Source of the DNA: Leidyana gryllorum EB-2025a
Lineage: Eukaryota > Protista > Apicomplexa
Length of the DNA stretch: 64,000 nucleotides
Direction: 5' to 3'
NCBI GenBank assembly: GCA_048772705.1
Contig: JBLWGC010000173.1
Coordinates: 186,001 to 250,000 of the forward strand
The notes under the pieces are model-generated. The model saw only the letters and a list, made by a program, of their open reading frames with translations, did no database searches and had not been told where the DNA came from. Made by a program: the position numbers and the translations under genes. Every line of letters begins with the position of its first letter. Positions within the stretch are counted from its first letter, which is position 1. Shown here one piece after another: positions 62,382 through 64,000 of this stretch.

Positions 62382-63956
62382 ATGGAAGGCCGGTTGGTGG
62401 AAGAGGGATTGACATTCGATGATGTGCTCATGGTTCCGGCCTACTCGGAAGTGCTTCCGAGCGACGCGGACTTGAGCACTCATTTGACAGCCCAAATCCA
62501 CCTGAAAGCCCCAATCCTGTCTGCGGCCATGGATACCGTCACTGAACACGCGATGGCAATCGCTATCGCCAAAGAAGGAGGTCTCGGTTTCATTCACAAG
62601 AACATGAGCATTGCAGAGCAAGCCGCAGAAGTACGGAAAGTGAAGAGGTACGAGGCTGGAGTCGTTTCGGACCCCGTTCGCATTCCTCCGACTATGATGC
62701 TTGGTGACATTAGGAAGCTAGCAGAGCACCACGGGTTCTCGAGCTTCCCTGTGGTCGACCCCTCTACCCGCAAGGTGTTGGGAATCGTCACAGGCCGAGA
62801 CATTAAGTACGAAAGCAATGATACTTTACGGGCTGAAGACATCATGACTGGCGGCGACCGTTTGGTCACAGTGAAACGTTCTTCAACTCGTCCGTCTACT
62901 GCGGCGGCTTTGACCAGCGGGCGTCGCGAGTCTGCTCCCGAAGTAACGCACAATGATTCCCCCATGTCGCCCACCATCGCCCTGAGCCGTGGCGAGGTGA
63001 AGGCCATCATGGCACGCAATCGCGTGGAGAAGATTGTAGTGGTGGATGAAGAGAACCGATTGGAGGGTTTGATTACCCACCAAGATTTCATTAAGGCTGA
63101 GAGTGAGCCCAATGCTTGTCGCGACGCAGAAGGTTGCCTCCGCGTGGGTGCCGCCGTAGGCTGTGGCCCGGACACGTTGGAGCGTGTTTCTGCTTTGGTG
63201 GAGGCGCGAGTGGATGTGATTGTTGTGGACAGCTCGCATGGGCATTCCCAGGGCGTTTTGAATACCGTCCGGAAAGTGCGTCAAGCATTCCCAGATCTGC
63301 CGATCATTGGAGGCAACGTGTGCACAGCCGAAGGAGCTCGTGCTTTGGTGGAAGCTGGTGCTGACGGCGTGAAGGTCGGGATCGGCCCGGGCTCAATTTG
63401 CACAACTCGCGTGGTGACGGGTTGCGGTTATCCGCAGCTGAGCGCGATAGTTAATGCCCGAACGGGTGTTGAAGGGCAATTCGGAAGACGTATCCCTATA
63501 ATAGCGGATGGAGGTCTACGGTACAGTGGTGACATTGCAAAGGCTTTGGCAGCCGGTGCGGACTGCGTGATGATGGGGTCCATGCTGGCCGGGACTGAGG
63601 AAGCTCCTGGCGTTACTGAGCTCTTTGAAGGCCGGGCTTACAAGAGCTACCGTGGTATGGGTTCGGCGGCTGCAATGGCCAAAGGATCTGCGGACCGGTA
63701 CTTCCAGAGTGGCAAGAAGAAGTTCGTCCCAGAAGGAGTTGAGGGGCGTGTAGCGTACAAGGGTCTGGTAAAAGAGACCGTCAGTATGCAGTTGGGAGGA
63801 GTTCGGGCTTGTATGGGTCTGACTGGTTGCAGGACGATCGAAGACTTGCATGAAAAAGTCAAGTTCGTGAAAGTAAGCACTAATGGTGTGCTGGAGTCGC
63901 ACCCTCACAACATTATTATGACCAAGGAGCCCCCTAATTACAGTCGCCGCACTTGA
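62382..63956 (+). CDS. guaB: Inosine-5'-monophosphate dehydrogenase, bacterial type with CBS domains
   Basis: [75 protein letters not shown]; intronless. Confidence 0.97.
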   Translation: MEGRLVEEGLTFDDVLMVPAYSEVLPSDADLSTHLTAQIHLKAPILSAAMDTVTEHAMAIAIAKEGGLGFIHKNMSIAEQAAEVRKVKRYEAGVVSDPVRIPPTMMLGDIRKLAEHHGFSSFPVVDPSTRKVLGIVTGRDIKYESNDTLRAEDIMTGGDRLVTVKRSSTRPSTAAALTSGRRESAPEVTHNDSPMSPTIALSRGEVKAIMARNRVEKIVVVDEENRLEGLITHQDFIKAESEPNACRDAEGCLRVGAAVGCGPDTLERVSALVEARVDVIVVDSSHGHSQGVLNTVRKVRQAFPDLPIIGGNVCTAEGARALVEAGADGVKVGIGPGSICTTRVVTGCGYPQLSAIVNARTGVEGQFGRRIPIIADGGLRYSGDIAKALAAGADCVMMGSMLAGTEEAPGVTELFEGRAYKSYRGMGSAAAMAKGSADRYFQSGKKKFVPEGVEGRVAYKGLVKETVSMQLGGVRACMGLTGCRTIEDLHEKVKFVKVSTNGVLESHPHNIIMTKEPPNYSRRT

Positions 63957-64000
63957 GCCGTTTTTGGTTGATAGAAAATTTATTATATCTAAACAATGGC

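Overview
Gene-dense eukaryotic DNA with short canonical GT-AG introns (mostly ~30-60 nt), most consistent with a compact alveolate/apicomplexan (gregarine-like) protist genome. The taxon is an inference. Recognisable genes are an ERGIC-53-like L-type lectin, a SIMPL/DUF541 protein, CDC48, a BBE-like FAD oxidase, a Nab2/ZC3H14-like protein, DNA polymerase delta and zeta catalytic subunits, a very divergent SLC6/NSS-type transporter (only visible after splicing), SAP18 with an RS-rich extension, a Rab8/Sec4-like GTPase, a Ctr copper transporter, PIG-P, Sec63, a DUF1769-like protein, an acyltransferase-3, a ~2240-aa Lys/Pro-rich protein, succinyl-CoA ligase alpha, an oxalyl-CoA-synthetase-like enzyme, thymidylate kinase and a proteobacterial-type IMPDH. 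A ~5 kb island (about 28.3-33.4 kb) holds nested, decayed LTR-retroelement pieces. Four observations stand out. (1) Four head-to-head gene pairs have only 16-47 bp between start codons, and each spacer has a T-run followed by an AG just before one ATG. (2) Two gag-like ORFs start at an ATG created by a putative LTR-end/tRNA-Ser primer-binding-site junction. (3) Several intronless, bacterial-type genes are present. (4) CDC48 has a long, hairpin-rich intron.
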